A DNA stretch of 64,000 bases from an uncultured Planctomycetota bacterium (GTDB lineage Bacteria; Planctomycetota; Planctomycetia; Isosphaerales; Isosphaeraceae): assembly GCA_963845755.1 (NCBI GenBank), contig CAWJTV010000003.1, positions 64,001 through 128,000 on the forward strand, in the 5' to 3' direction. A model generated the notes under the pieces. The model worked only from the letters and a program-made list of their open reading frames with translations, was not told the DNA's origin and searched no databases. Numbering within the stretch: the first letter of the stretch is position 1; each line of letters starts with the position of its first letter. The position numbers and the translations under genes are program-made. Positions 54,294 through 64,000 of the stretch are shown here, piece by piece.

Positions 54294-56354
54294 ATGTGCC
54301 AGAGGTGTCCGACGCGATGCGGGGCGTCGATCCGACGGTTGTGTGCGCTCGGGGTGATGGTGACGGTATTCACGGCTTCGGGTTGTGAGTCAAACATCTC
54401 GTCCGCGCCGAACAAAGGTGGGCCGTCCTCGAACGTCGAGGCGAACCCGAAGACCGGCGTGGGGGGCGTTGGCAATCCCGGCGATGGGACGGCGGGCAAT
54501 CCGCTCGATGGGAAGAAAGGGGCGTCGATCGCGGGCGACCGGATGCAGTCGTTCGCACCGATCGTGATGAGCAAGCAGACGGAATCGAGCCCGTTCCGCT
54601 TCGCCGAGATCGCGCAGGAAGCGGGGCTGGATTTCGTGCACTTCTCGGGCATGACTGAGGACAAGCACTTCCCGACGGCCAACGGGTCGGGGGTTGCCGT
54701 GTTCGATTACGACAACGACGGGCGGCTCGACATCTATTTCGCCACCGCCACGCTATTGCCCCTGGGCACGGCCGAGAAGGGACCCAACCGGCTCTTCAAG
54801 AACCTGGGCAACGGCCACTTCCAGGACATGACCGAGGCATCGGGCCTGGGATATCGCGGCTTCTGCCATGGGATCATCGCCGGTGACATCGACAACGACG
54901 GCGACCAGGACGTCTTCCTCTGCGTCTACGGCAGCAACGTCCTGTACCTCAACAACGGCAACGGCACGTTCAAGGACATCAGCAAGTCGGCCGGCGTCGA
55001 CGCGCCGAACTGGTCGTCCGGCGGCGCGATGCTCGATTACGATAACGATGGATATCTCGACATTTACGTGACCAACTACGGCATCTGGAAGTACCCCGAC
55101 GACCATCAGCGCGTGGGCGATCCGCAGAAGAAGGTGTGGCTCTACTCGTCGCCGCGGACGATCAAAACGACTCGGCACCTCTTCTATCACAACAACCGCA
55201 ACCTGACCTTCACCAATGTGCTGGATAAAGTCTTCACGACCGAGGAAGAGGTGGATGACCCGGCGACCAAGGCCAAGACGAAGAAGCGGGTACCCAAGCC
55301 CCGCGACGATGGGCACGGCTTCGGGGTGGTCGCCGCCGACGTCAACGACGACGGCCTGATCGATATCTACGTCGCCAACGACATGAACCCGAACTTCCTG
55401 TACCTCAACCGCGGCGACGGGACCTTCGACGACGCCACCGACTCGTCATCGGCCGCCTACGACGTCAACGGTCAGGCACAATCGGGGATGGGGGTGGACG
55501 CCGAGGACGTCAACGGCGACGGCCTGCCCGAGCTGTTCGTCACCAATTTCGCCAACGAGTACAACACCCTCTACCAGAACTTCGGCAACGGGGTGTTCTA
55601 CGACAACACGGCCTTCTTCGGCCTGGCCGCCGACTCGATGCCATGGGTCGGCTGGGGCTGCGCGCTGGCGGACTTCGACAACGACGGCTGGCCCGATTGC
55701 TTCGTGGCCAATGGGCACGTGGACAACAACCGCAAGATGCTCGACCAGCCGGTCGATTACGAGGAGCTCCCGCTGTTGTTCCGCAACCTCAAGGGGAAGC
55801 GGTTCCGGCTGGCGACCCGGGACGCGGGAACCTACTTCGACACCAAGCACGTGGCCCGAGGCGCCACGTTCGGTGACCTGGACAACGACGGAGACATCGA
55901 CATCGTCATCAACCACAAGGACGGCGCCCCGGCCCTGCTCCGCAACGACACCAAGTCCACCAACCATTGGATCCGCTTCAATCTCCAGGGAACGCGGAGC
56001 AACCGCGACGCCATCGGCACGAAGCTTCAGCTCACGACCGCCGAGCCGTCGCTCCACCGCGTGACCAAGCGAGAAGCGGATGGGAAGGAGACTACCGAGG
56101 AGGTGATGAAGCCCGAGCGGACGATCCATCGCCAGCGCAAGAGCGGTTACAGCCTCCAGGGCACGAACGACCCGCGCGTGCTGGTCGGCGTCGGGCCCGT
56201 GGACGTCGTCAAGAAGGTCGAGATCCGGTGGCCCTCGGGCATCGTGACCCGGCTGGAGAACCTCAAGGTCGACCAGGAGTACAAGGTCGTCGAGCCTAAG
56301 GACGGCAAGCCCGAACCGGTGAAGAAGCCGGCGGAGACCCCGTCGGCGAAGTGA
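54294..56354 (+). CDS. CRTAC1-family protein (FG-GAP/VCBS repeats + ASPIC/UnbV)
   Basis: Repeated D(Y/F/I/L)DNDG..D motifs; SNRDAIG; VEIRWPSG. Confidence 0.92.
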   Translation: MCQRCPTRCGASIRRLCALGVMVTVFTASGCESNISSAPNKGGPSSNVEANPKTGVGGVGNPGDGTAGNPLDGKKGASIAGDRMQSFAPIVMSKQTESSPFRFAEIAQEAGLDFVHFSGMTEDKHFPTANGSGVAVFDYDNDGRLDIYFATATLLPLGTAEKGPNRLFKNLGNGHFQDMTEASGLGYRGFCHGIIAGDIDNDGDQDVFLCVYGSNVLYLNNGNGTFKDISKSAGVDAPNWSSGGAMLDYDNDGYLDIYVTNYGIWKYPDDHQRVGDPQKKVWLYSSPRTIKTTRHLFYHNNRNLTFTNVLDKVFTTEEEVDDPATKAKTKKRVPKPRDDGHGFGVVAADVNDDGLIDIYVANDMNPNFLYLNRGDGTFDDATDSSSAAYDVNGQAQSGMGVDAEDVNGDGLPELFVTNFANEYNTLYQNFGNGVFYDNTAFFGLAADSMPWVGWGCALADFDNDGWPDCFVANGHVDNNRKMLDQPVDYEELPLLFRNLKGKRFRLATRDAGTYFDTKHVARGATFGDLDNDGDIDIVINHKDGAPALLRNDTKSTNHWIRFNLQGTRSNRDAIGTKLQLTTAEPSLHRVTKREADGKETTEEVMKPERTIHRQRKSGYSLQGTNDPRVLVGVGPVDVVKKVEIRWPSGIVTRLENLKVDQEYKVVEPKDGKPEPVKKPAETPSAK

Positions 56355-56398
56355 GCGCGTACCTGCCTAGAACGGCCCGAGAAGGCTATCCGGCCTTT

Positions 56399-56458
56399 GT
56401 AGGGTGGGTGAAACCCACCAGTCTCGGGCTGATTCTTGGCGGGTCTTCACCCACCCTG
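56399..56458. repeat. GTAG-type REP-like inverted repeat doublet (degenerate)
   Basis: GTAGGGTGGGTGAAACCCACC ... GGCGGGTCTTCACCCACCCTG. Confidence 0.6.
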
Positions 56459-56484
56459 TGAGTTTCTCGAACAGGGCACTGGAA

Positions 56485-57690
56485 ATGATCCGCAAAGTTC
56501 GTGTCGAAAACTGTAAATCTATACCGAATCTCACCTTGGATCTAGGACGTCTCACCGTTCTCATCGGCGCGAATGGCAGCGGCAAGAGTAATATATTGGA
56601 GGCGATCGCCCTCGCCGCCGCCGCCGCCCAGAACAAATTGGAGAACGAGTTCCTGGTTTCGAGAGGCATCCGGGTGACCGAGACGCGTTTTATGCGCTCG
56701 GCCTTCGACGCTCTCCCGTCAGCTCGCGAAGCCAATCAGATCTCGTTCCAGAAAGACCAGAAGCCCACGATCGAGAAAATTGTTACGTCCAGCGAACCCA
56801 TCAAGATCTCGCTCGAGGGAGACAAGAAGGTCGCATTCGAGTGCGAATTGGTCGCAGATGAGACGGCGTCCTATCCCAAATGGGAGCAGTTGCGCTCGAT
56901 ACTATTGCCAGAGATCATCGCTCGTCTAAGGACTTCGGATTTTGCGCAGAAAGCTCAACTACCGCCCGAAGTGCTAGATCGTGTAATTGCTCAAATCGCT
57001 GAACGTTTTCGCATTCAGCCGGCCGGAACACTTCCCGAATTCCTCGTGTATGCGCCCGAGAACTCCGCCCTCCGCACTTTCCAGGCTGAAGGACAGATCC
57101 TCCCCCTCGGAATCCGGGGAGAAGGTCTGTTCGCTCATCTGAAGGGGCTTGATTCGGAAATGCACAGAGACCGCCTGGAAAGAATCAGGGAGACGTTGAA
57201 GTTGATCGATTGGTTTGAGACCTTCGTGATCCCCGAGAATCTCAGTCCGGGCGAGCGAACCATCAGGATTCAGGACCGCTACCTCTCGGAGGGCGCCTTG
57301 TTCGACCAGCGGAGCGCAAACGAAGGATTCCTCTTTCTCCTCTTCTACCTCACGCTCGTGATCAGCCCGGAAACGCCAGCCTTTTTCGCGATCGATAACG
57401 TCGATACCTCCCTCAACCCCAAGTTGTGCATCGCCCTGTTACAACAGCTCGCACTGCTCGCGAAGGAGTTTGACAAGCAAGTCATCCTCACGACCCACAA
57501 CCCGGCAGTCCTCGATGGCCTCAACCTTTATGACGAAGAGCAGCGGCTGTTCGTCGTGGATCGGAACAAGAACGGGCATACCCGCGTCCGTCGCGTGGAT
57601 GCGCCGAAGCCAAGCGCGGGCCAACTCCCGGTGAGCCTGTCAGAAGCATTCCTGCGCGGTTACATCGGCGGGCTGCCGAAAAACTTCTGA
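56485..57690 (+). CDS. ABC/AAA_21-type ATPase
   Basis: Walker A GANGSGKS, signature-like SANEG, Walker B variant AIDNVD, LTTHNP. Confidence 0.9.
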   Translation: MIRKVRVENCKSIPNLTLDLGRLTVLIGANGSGKSNILEAIALAAAAAQNKLENEFLVSRGIRVTETRFMRSAFDALPSAREANQISFQKDQKPTIEKIVTSSEPIKISLEGDKKVAFECELVADETASYPKWEQLRSILLPEIIARLRTSDFAQKAQLPPEVLDRVIAQIAERFRIQPAGTLPEFLVYAPENSALRTFQAEGQILPLGIRGEGLFAHLKGLDSEMHRDRLERIRETLKLIDWFETFVIPENLSPGERTIRIQDRYLSEGALFDQRSANEGFLFLLFYLTLVISPETPAFFAIDNVDTSLNPKLCIALLQQLALLAKEFDKQVILTTHNPAVLDGLNLYDEEQRLFVVDRNKNGHTRVRRVDAPKPSAGQLPVSLSEAFLRGYIGGLPKNF

Positions 57691-57700
57691 CCCCTCAACG

Positions 57701-58402
57701 ATGAGGTGGAGAGTGCTCACATTCGCGATCATCGCCGAAGGTCCGACCGATCAGACGGTCATCGAGAACATCCTGCTCGACTTTCTTGAGGACCAGGACG
57801 ACGAGCCGGAGATTCGGTTCATTCAGCCTCCTCGCCCCTTGACCGAGACGCCTGCCGGATGGGGGCATGTGTTCAAGAGCCTGAAGCGAAAGGATCCCGA
57901 AAACGCCCTTCAGTTCAACGATTATCTCGTCATCCACATCGATACTGACGTGCAAGAGGAACCTGGCTTCGACGTGCCGAGACGAGAAAAAGGGAAGGAG
58001 CTTTCGGTCTCGGACCGAGTTGATCGGGCCGTTACCCGACTCAAACAGGACATCGACGACAGCTTCTTCCAGGCCAACGCCCACCGAATCCTGTTCGCGA
58101 TCGCAGTGGATTCGATCGAGTGCTGGCTCCTTCCGTTTCTCCACGATAAGAGAAAAGCCGCAAAGATCACCGGATGCCTCGAATCGGCGAACCAGGCGTT
58201 ACGGAAAGCGAACCAAGATGCCCTTTCTGCCGGGGAGAACAAGTTCCCTCGCGCCTATGAAAAAGCGTCGAGTGGCTACCGGAAGCGAAAGACGTTGATT
58301 CAGCTTCAGAACCGGAATCCGAGCCTGGAACTCTTCATCAAGCAACTTGAGGCCTTGCAGAGCCGCCGAACCACAACCGATCCCGCCGTTGAGAGTCCCT
58401 AA
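57701..58402 (+). CDS. TOPRIM-like (DUF4276/RloB-like) partner of the ATPase
   Basis: IIAEGPTD, HIDTD, IECWLL. Confidence 0.7.
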   Translation: MRWRVLTFAIIAEGPTDQTVIENILLDFLEDQDDEPEIRFIQPPRPLTETPAGWGHVFKSLKRKDPENALQFNDYLVIHIDTDVQEEPGFDVPRREKGKELSVSDRVDRAVTRLKQDIDDSFFQANAHRILFAIAVDSIECWLLPFLHDKRKAAKITGCLESANQALRKANQDALSAGENKFPRAYEKASSGYRKRKTLIQLQNRNPSLELFIKQLEALQSRRTTTDPAVESP

Positions 58403-58528
58403 GAGAAAGGGGATTGGCTCCGAGTCATCGAGGTGCCTGTCTCCCCGTTTTTCGAGGAGGGCAAAACGGACCGGGATTGGACCCCTGCCGCCTCGTGCGA
58501 CAAGCGTCGAGGAGCAAGTTTCGAGGTT

Positions 58529-59350
58529 CTAAAGGATCGGGGGCAGCAGCCACCACGAGCGTCGCTTGTACTCCGCCCACTCGGGATAGCGCGACAGGCT
58601 GGCCTCGATGTTGATCATGTTGACCGCGAACAGCCCGGTCCAGACAAACGCCAGCACGACGACTGGCAGCCAGTGCCACACCATCATCGCAAAGCTGCCG
58701 TAGATCATCATCTCGCCGAGGTAGTTCGGGTGGCGGATGTATCGGTACATCCCGTCGGTGATCAGCCCTCGGCGGACGCGAAGCGTGAAGGACTTCTGCG
58801 CATCCGCGGCGATCATGATCACGGAGCCCAGGATGCAGAGGCTAATGCATAAGGCGAACCAGGCGTGATCCGGCAGCGGATAGGTCGGCTTCGAAGTGAC
58901 CGAGATCAGCAGCCAGCCGAACACCCAGTACCAGATCAGCACGCCGAGGAAGGCGTAGAGGCCGGAGGCAATGGTGACGCGGCGCTGCCAGGTCGGGTCG
59001 GGGAACGCCAGGTCCTTGACCATCCAGACCAGCCCGTAGCTGCCGTGCATCGCCAGGTAGACCCAGGCCGCCGTACTGGTGTTGTGGTACCAGGCGATGA
59101 GCAGACCGAGGAGAGGGAATGTCCCGGTCTTCTGGAAGTCGATCACCCAGGCCAGCTTCCACGGGCGCGGCCCACCGCCCAGGTCGTACATCCCGTGCGC
59201 GTTGAGGCGGCCCAGGGTGACGGCCCAGGCCGGTGCTGGTCTGCGTGCTTGAGTCACGTCGGTGATCACGTTCAGTCTCGATGGCAAACCGCGCGTTGCA
59301 ATGCCGTCCTGTTGCCTTGTATCGTATCGAGCCGGGGTTTCGGCAGCCAC
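58529..59350 (-). CDS. DUF1295/ICMT/steroid-5-alpha-reductase-like membrane protein (start uncertain)
   Basis: LITDGMYRYIRHPNYLGE, E.SLSRYPEW..Y. Confidence 0.85.
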   Translation of the reverse strand: MAAETPARYDTRQQDGIATRGLPSRLNVITDVTQARRPAPAWAVTLGRLNAHGMYDLGGGPRPWKLAWVIDFQKTGTFPLLGLLIAWYHNTSTAAWVYLAMHGSYGLVWMVKDLAFPDPTWQRRVTIASGLYAFLGVLIWYWVFGWLLISVTSKPTYPLPDHAWFALCISLCILGSVIMIAADAQKSFTLRVRRGLITDGMYRYIRHPNYLGEMMIYGSFAMMVWHWLPVVVLAFVWTGLFAVNMINIEASLSRYPEWAEYKRRSWWLLPPIL

Positions 59351-59374
59351 TGGCTCTTCTTGAGGAGAGAAAAG

Positions 59375-59986
59375 ATGCCCGTCAAATGGACGACTTGGGC
59401 GATCGTGCTCGTGATGGTTTCGGCCGGAACCACGGACGCATCGGCCGACGACGATCCTTGGAAGCCGTACCGATTCCTCGTGGGCGACTGGGTGGGAGAG
59501 GGAAGTGGGGAACCGGGGAAAGGGTCGGGCGGATACTCATTCGCCTGGGACCTCCAGGAGAAAGTGCTCGTGCGGAGAAACCGTTCCGAGTATCCCGCGA
59601 CGCCGGGCCGACCGGCATTTACGCACGAAGACCTCATGGTGATTTACCGGGGCGAGAGCGGCGGGCCGACTCGAGCGATTTACTTCGACAACGAAGGCCA
59701 TGTCATCAATTACACGGCGACATTTTCGCAGGATCAACAGACGCTCACCTTCCTTGGCGATATCGCCCCGGCCAGCCCTCGTTTTCGCTTGTCGTACGCA
59801 CGGGGAAAGGGTGAGATGGTCCGGATCAAGTTCGAGATCGCACCCCCGGGCAAAGCGGATGCGTTCAAGACGTATCTCGAAGGTAACGCCATTCGGCTGG
59901 ACCCGAAGTCCAGGGGTGCCAATCACAAGGACGGACGTCCCGCGCCGGCTGTAAAGACGTCCGAGGAAGCCCGGCGGGCGAAGTAA
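59375..59986 (+). CDS. Secreted hypothetical protein (beta-barrel-like)
   Basis: Signal peptide; FLVGDWVGEG; AIYFDNEGHVINY; RBS upstream. Confidence 0.72.
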   Translation: MPVKWTTWAIVLVMVSAGTTDASADDDPWKPYRFLVGDWVGEGSGEPGKGSGGYSFAWDLQEKVLVRRNRSEYPATPGRPAFTHEDLMVIYRGESGGPTRAIYFDNEGHVINYTATFSQDQQTLTFLGDIAPASPRFRLSYARGKGEMVRIKFEIAPPGKADAFKTYLEGNAIRLDPKSRGANHKDGRPAPAVKTSEEARRAK

Positions 59987-60015
59987 GTTAACCTCTTCCT
60001 CGAAGGAGAAGCCTG

Positions 60016-60652
60016 ATGCATGTCGGCCGGGATCTGGTGGTGGGCGTGGTCCTCGGAATCCTCCTCGCGCGATGCGTTGCCGGCGGCCCCGGCGGGGTGG
60101 CCTCGGCACGATCTTCGGGAGACGATTCGCAGGCGCCGCGAGACCTCGACGAGCTGGCCAGGATCTACGCGGAGGATCAAGGCGACCGGATGCCCGGCGG
60201 CGGCAAGCCGATCGACTGGTCCGTCGTCGGGCCGCGTGACAAGGCGCGCGCGGCCCGGGTCAAGAACCTCTACGAGACGGGCGGCGCTGCACACCGGCAA
60301 GGACTTCTACCGCGCTGCGATGGTTTTGCAACATTCCTCGCGCGCGGAGGACTACTTGCTGGCGCACGAGTTCTGCGTGGTGGCCTTGTCCAAGGGAGAT
60401 TACGACGCTCGCTGGCTCGCGGCCGCCACCGAGGACCGTTTTCTGATGAACATCGGACGACCCCAACGGTTCGGAACCCAATACCGCTCCAACGGCCCGG
60501 ATCAGCCGATGCGGCTCCACGAGGTCGGGCCGGGCGTCACCGACGCCCTACGCCGTGAGCTGAACGTCCCGACACTCGAGGAAGCCCGCAAGAGGGAAGC
60601 CGTGATGGAAGAGATGATCAAGGGCAAAAAACCGGAGGCGGCCAGGCCGTGA
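60016..60652 (+). CDS. Secreted hypothetical protein (frameshift ~60285)
   Basis: EDQGDR; AAMVLQH; WLAAATEDR; PQRFGTQY. Confidence 0.7.
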
Positions 60653-60684
60653 TCCGCCCCAAGCCTCCGTCGCGGTGAACCTTG

Positions 60685-61638
60685 ATGGCCGAATCGCAAG
60701 AGCGAACCGTAGAGAATGGCGGCGGTACCGAGAGGCGGCCCGAGTCACGCTCCGTGACCCTCGCGGACTGCCTGGCGATGGTCGCCGGATTCGGGTTCGC
60801 GTTCGCATCGCGCCAGAATCCACCGATGCCGCTCCCTTCGATGAACATCGTGATCCCCGTCTGGGTGGTTGTGGCCTGGTGGTCCATCGAGATTCTCCTG
60901 GCCATGGCACTGGCCACGGCCGTCGTGGTCCTGGTCCGCCAGACGACATTTCGCCGGCCTGCTCGTCCGGCGGAATGGGTCGCGATCCTGCTCGGTCTGC
61001 TGGTATTCCGCGAGGCCCTCCCGAATATCGATGATCTGGTCAACCGATGGTTGCCGAATTGGCCAGACCTGACATTTGGTGAAGGCCGATGGATCATCTG
61101 CGCCATCGGTACGGTGGTTTTCCTGGTCGGTCTCGCCGGACTCGGGCTGATGCGCCGGGCGTTGCCTCACGGGTTGAAGACAATGATCCTCGTAGCCTCG
61201 TTCCTCGCCCTGATGTGGGGGCCAAGTCGTGTGTTCGCGCTTGAGGGCCCTTGGCTGCTCCCTTCTCCGGCGATCGAGTCGACTTCCCCGCCCCTCTTTT
61301 GGGCCTGGCTGGAGATCCGCAAGTACCTATGGTTCTTACCATCGGGCCTGCTCTTCGGGATCCCTGCGACGGCGGCGCTCAAGGATTGGAGGGCTCGCGA
61401 GTCCAAGGGACGGCCCTGGACCGAATGGCCCGGGCCCGGTATCGGACTGGTCCTCACCCTTCTCTGGCTGGGCTATTTGTACCTGATGCGGTCCGAGTGG
61501 CCGGCGTATGATCTGAACGCCGAGCGGATCGTCGTGCCATTCTGGATCGCCGGGGTTTGGTGGCTCTCCCGATATATCGTTGACCGTCTCGGCGGTCCTT
61601 GGCACCGCTGGCTCACGCCTGCCGACCGTGGCGATTGA
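60685..61638 (+). CDS. Hypothetical integral membrane protein
   Basis: About 8 hydrophobic segments. Confidence 0.7.
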   Translation: MAESQERTVENGGGTERRPESRSVTLADCLAMVAGFGFAFASRQNPPMPLPSMNIVIPVWVVVAWWSIEILLAMALATAVVVLVRQTTFRRPARPAEWVAILLGLLVFREALPNIDDLVNRWLPNWPDLTFGEGRWIICAIGTVVFLVGLAGLGLMRRALPHGLKTMILVASFLALMWGPSRVFALEGPWLLPSPAIESTSPPLFWAWLEIRKYLWFLPSGLLFGIPATAALKDWRARESKGRPWTEWPGPGIGLVLTLLWLGYLYLMRSEWPAYDLNAERIVVPFWIAGVWWLSRYIVDRLGGPWHRWLTPADRGD

Positions 61639-61682
61639 CCGTCAGATTCGTGCGCCGACATCGTTTTCGAGCTCTGCCGCCA

Positions 61683-61774
61683 TGCGCTCGAACATCTCGC
61701 CCCAGTCTCCCCAACGCTGCTGGCGGAACCGTTTCATCGTAAGAGACCACGGACTGTCGTGACGGGCCGACATC
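61683..61774 (-). pseudogene. Degenerate duplicate of the 3' end of the TPR-glycosyltransferase gene
   Basis: Aligns with ~62753-62845 (DSPW.TMK.FRQ.RWG.W.E.FER). Confidence 0.75.
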
Positions 61775-61987
61775 TATCGCAAGGAGGAACGGGGGCACAT
61801 AAGGCGCTTTGACTTGGAGAAGATACACGTTCGGGCGAGTTCGCACGTCGGGACACAGAGCTCCTGGATTTAACTCTTATCGCCAAAGTCCCCAAGACTG
61901 AAGCGCATGAATAGATTCCCATTATGACTGGACCAAGAAATGGGGAACAGGCCAGTGGCCCTTCCCTCGGGATCCACAGTCGATCGG

Positions 61988-62326
61988 TCACGTTTTCGAC
62001 CGAGTGCCAGAAGCGGAAGTGGTCACGCTTGATCCTCGCTGTGCCAATGATGCCGCGACGACGTCGGGATTTTCGGCCGCCACCTTGAGCAAGGCCCGCG
62101 CCGGTCCATCGGGCCGTCGCCGGCCTTGTTCCCAGTTCTGCAGGGTGGAAAGACTCACACCGATCATCAAGGCGAATTCCGATTGTGACTTGTCCAACTG
62201 CTTCCGGATCCCCTTGATATCTATCGGTGCAAACTCGGTCGTCCGACTCGGCTCTAGCTCACCTCTCCGAATGGCGCCGGCTTGTCGCACGCTGGCGACT
62301 AATCGATCAAAATCGTGTTTCTTCAT
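61988..62326 (-). CDS. HigA/NadS-like HTH antitoxin
   Basis: SQSEFALMIGVSLSTLQNWEQGRRRPDGPARALL. Confidence 0.88.
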   Translation of the reverse strand: MKKHDFDRLVASVRQAGAIRRGELEPSRTTEFAPIDIKGIRKQLDKSQSEFALMIGVSLSTLQNWEQGRRRPDGPARALLKVAAENPDVVAASLAQRGSSVTTSASGTRSKT

Positions 62327-62640
62327 CGGAATTCCTCTTGTACCAGTCGGTTCAGGATTCGCAGTTGCCCGATCGTGATGTTTTCTGCCTCGTTCTTACT
62401 ATAGGCATATAACATGTAGAACGTCTCGGTCGGGCCATCCCAGTAGTAGATAATCCGGCATCCTCCCCGCTTGCCCCTGCCAGCAAGTGCCCACCGAATC
62501 TTACGCAAACCGCCGCTCTTCGGAATCACGGCACCTTCATCAGGACGGAGAATCAAAGCTTCTTGAAGCGCACGATAACGCTCGTGATCCAATAAGTTCT
62601 CAATCGCCTCGGAAAAAATCGGGGTTTCAAGGAATCGCAT
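62323..62640 (-). CDS. RelE/HigB-family toxin
   Basis: FLETPIF, SGGLRKIRW, GKRGGCRIIYY, YAYSKNE. Confidence 0.9.
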   Translation of the reverse strand: MRFLETPIFSEAIENLLDHERYRALQEALILRPDEGAVIPKSGGLRKIRWALAGRGKRGGCRIIYYWDGPTETFYMLYAYSKNEAENITIGQLRILNRLVQEEFR

Positions 62641-62721
62641 TAAGGGTGGTTGTACGTCATTGGCGGACACAACGCAAGCCCAAGTCGATCCATGCGTGAC
62701 GATCTTTGGGCAGTGCCAACC

Positions 62722-64000
62722 CTACATCAAGTCACTCCCCAGCTCCCTCGCGATCCGCTCGAACACCTCGTCCCACTCTCCCCAGCGTCGCTGGCGGAAG
62801 AGTTTCATCGTAGGATACCACGGACTGTCATCCCGTCCGGACATCCATCGCCAGTCCGCGGCAAACGGCAGCGCAACCCAGACGGGCACGCCGAGCGCTC
62901 CGGCCAGGTGCGCTACGGCCGTGTCGGGGGCGATGACCAGATCGAGGTTCACGATCGCCGCCGCGGTATCCAGGAAGTCGACCAGGCCGCCGCTGAGGTC
63001 AGTCAATTCGAAGCGACCCCCGATCTCCCCGAGCTGTTCGCTCCCATGCCCTTTTTGCAGGCTGAAGAGACGGATTCCGGGCCGGAGCGCAATCGGCTCG
63101 AGCTGGGCCAATCGAAACGACCGCATGTGATCGCGCGTGTTCTGAGGATTTCCCTGCCAGACAATCCCGATCCTCAGCCCAACGGCGGTGTTCATCTGCC
63201 GGTGCCACGTTTCGACGAGTCCCTCATCGGGGGCCAGGTAGGGGACTTCGGCGGGGATGGTCGCCAGGGTGGTCCCGAAGATCCCGGGCAAGCTCATGAG
63301 CGGGGCGTACACCTCGAAATCGGGCAAACTGTCCCCCTCGCTCACGACGCGCTCGACGCCCGGACAGGTCGCCAGCAATCGGCCCAACGGCCGCCCGCAG
63401 GTGACGATCACCCGGCCGACCCGCCGTTGGACGAGCGGCGCGTATCGGATGAACTGCAAGGCATCGCCCACTCCATAGTCGGCATACAGGAGGATGGTCC
63501 GACCCTCGAGCGGGCTACCGTCCCAGGGCGGCCGGCGGAATGGCGGTATCGCGTATCGCTGGCACTTCAGCCGCCACTCGTACTCGGGCCATCCCCGCTC
63601 GAACTCTCCCCGCTCGAGCCAGGCCATCGCCCGGCTCAGGTGCACGTCGGCATGGTCCGGCTGGAGATCCAGCGCTTGGTCATAACACTCCAGCGCCTCG
63701 GCCATTCGCCCCTGGATGCGCAGCACGTTGCCAAGATTGTTCAGGGCCTCAATGTAGTCCGGCCTGAGCTGCACAGCCCGCCGATAATTCGTCTCGGCCT
63801 CGCCGAGCACCCCACGCTCATGATACGCGTTGCCCAGGTTGTTGTGGGCTTCGGCGTAATCCGGTTTGAGGGCCAGCGCCGCCGGAGCGAGGCGATGGCC
63901 TCGTCGCTCCGGCCCATCGCATGGAGCGCGACCCCCAGGTTATTGCAAGCTTCGGGGAACTCCGGCAACCACCGGATCGCCTCCTGATAGTTGACCACCG
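62722..64000 (-). CDS. TPR-repeat protein with GT9-like glycosyltransferase domain (5' truncated by window; frameshift ~63880)
   Basis: TPRs (EALNNLGNVL), GWPEYEWR, GVGDALQFIRY, DTAVAHLAGALG, DSPWYPTMKLFRQ. Confidence 0.9.

Noticed and set aside
234..64000. Widespread pseudogenisation or programmed frameshifting
   Set aside because: Single-base shifts hit housekeeping and accessory genes alike, without accumulated in-frame stops; long-read indel error is the simplest explanation

Overview
GC-rich bacterial window, probably a planctomycete (Isosphaeraceae-like), judged from the Ser/Thr kinase, ECF sigma/anti-sigma, CRTAC1-ASPIC/UnbV, GH3 and DUF1571 gene set. Many genes carry single-base frameshifts, which look like long-read indel errors, so I report such genes as one CDS. 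There are two accessory zones. (1) ~2.1-16.6 kb is a defence/mobile island bracketed by a duplicated lhr 5' end. It holds RhuM, a group II intron 5' remnant, a two-ORF IS, a Cas4/Dna2-like nuclease-helicase, a C5-MTase/controller/SacI-like REase/Vsr set and a PemK/MazF TA pair. (2) ~34.9-41.7 kb (minus strand) is a type XIII (Mx162-like) retron: helical/ARM-like gene, SWIM zinc-finger gene and RT, followed by a probable ADP-ribosyltransferase/immunity pair. The main observation is that this retron has TWO tandem msr-msd ncRNA cassettes (39230-39484 and 39537-39794), lying between the accessory genes rather than next to the RT. They share a scaffold with covarying a1/a2 arms but have perfect 27/28-bp msd stems whose central, internally palindromic segments are completely different, suggesting one RT makes two distinct msDNAs. 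All family assignments come from motif recognition and memory; no database searches were run.
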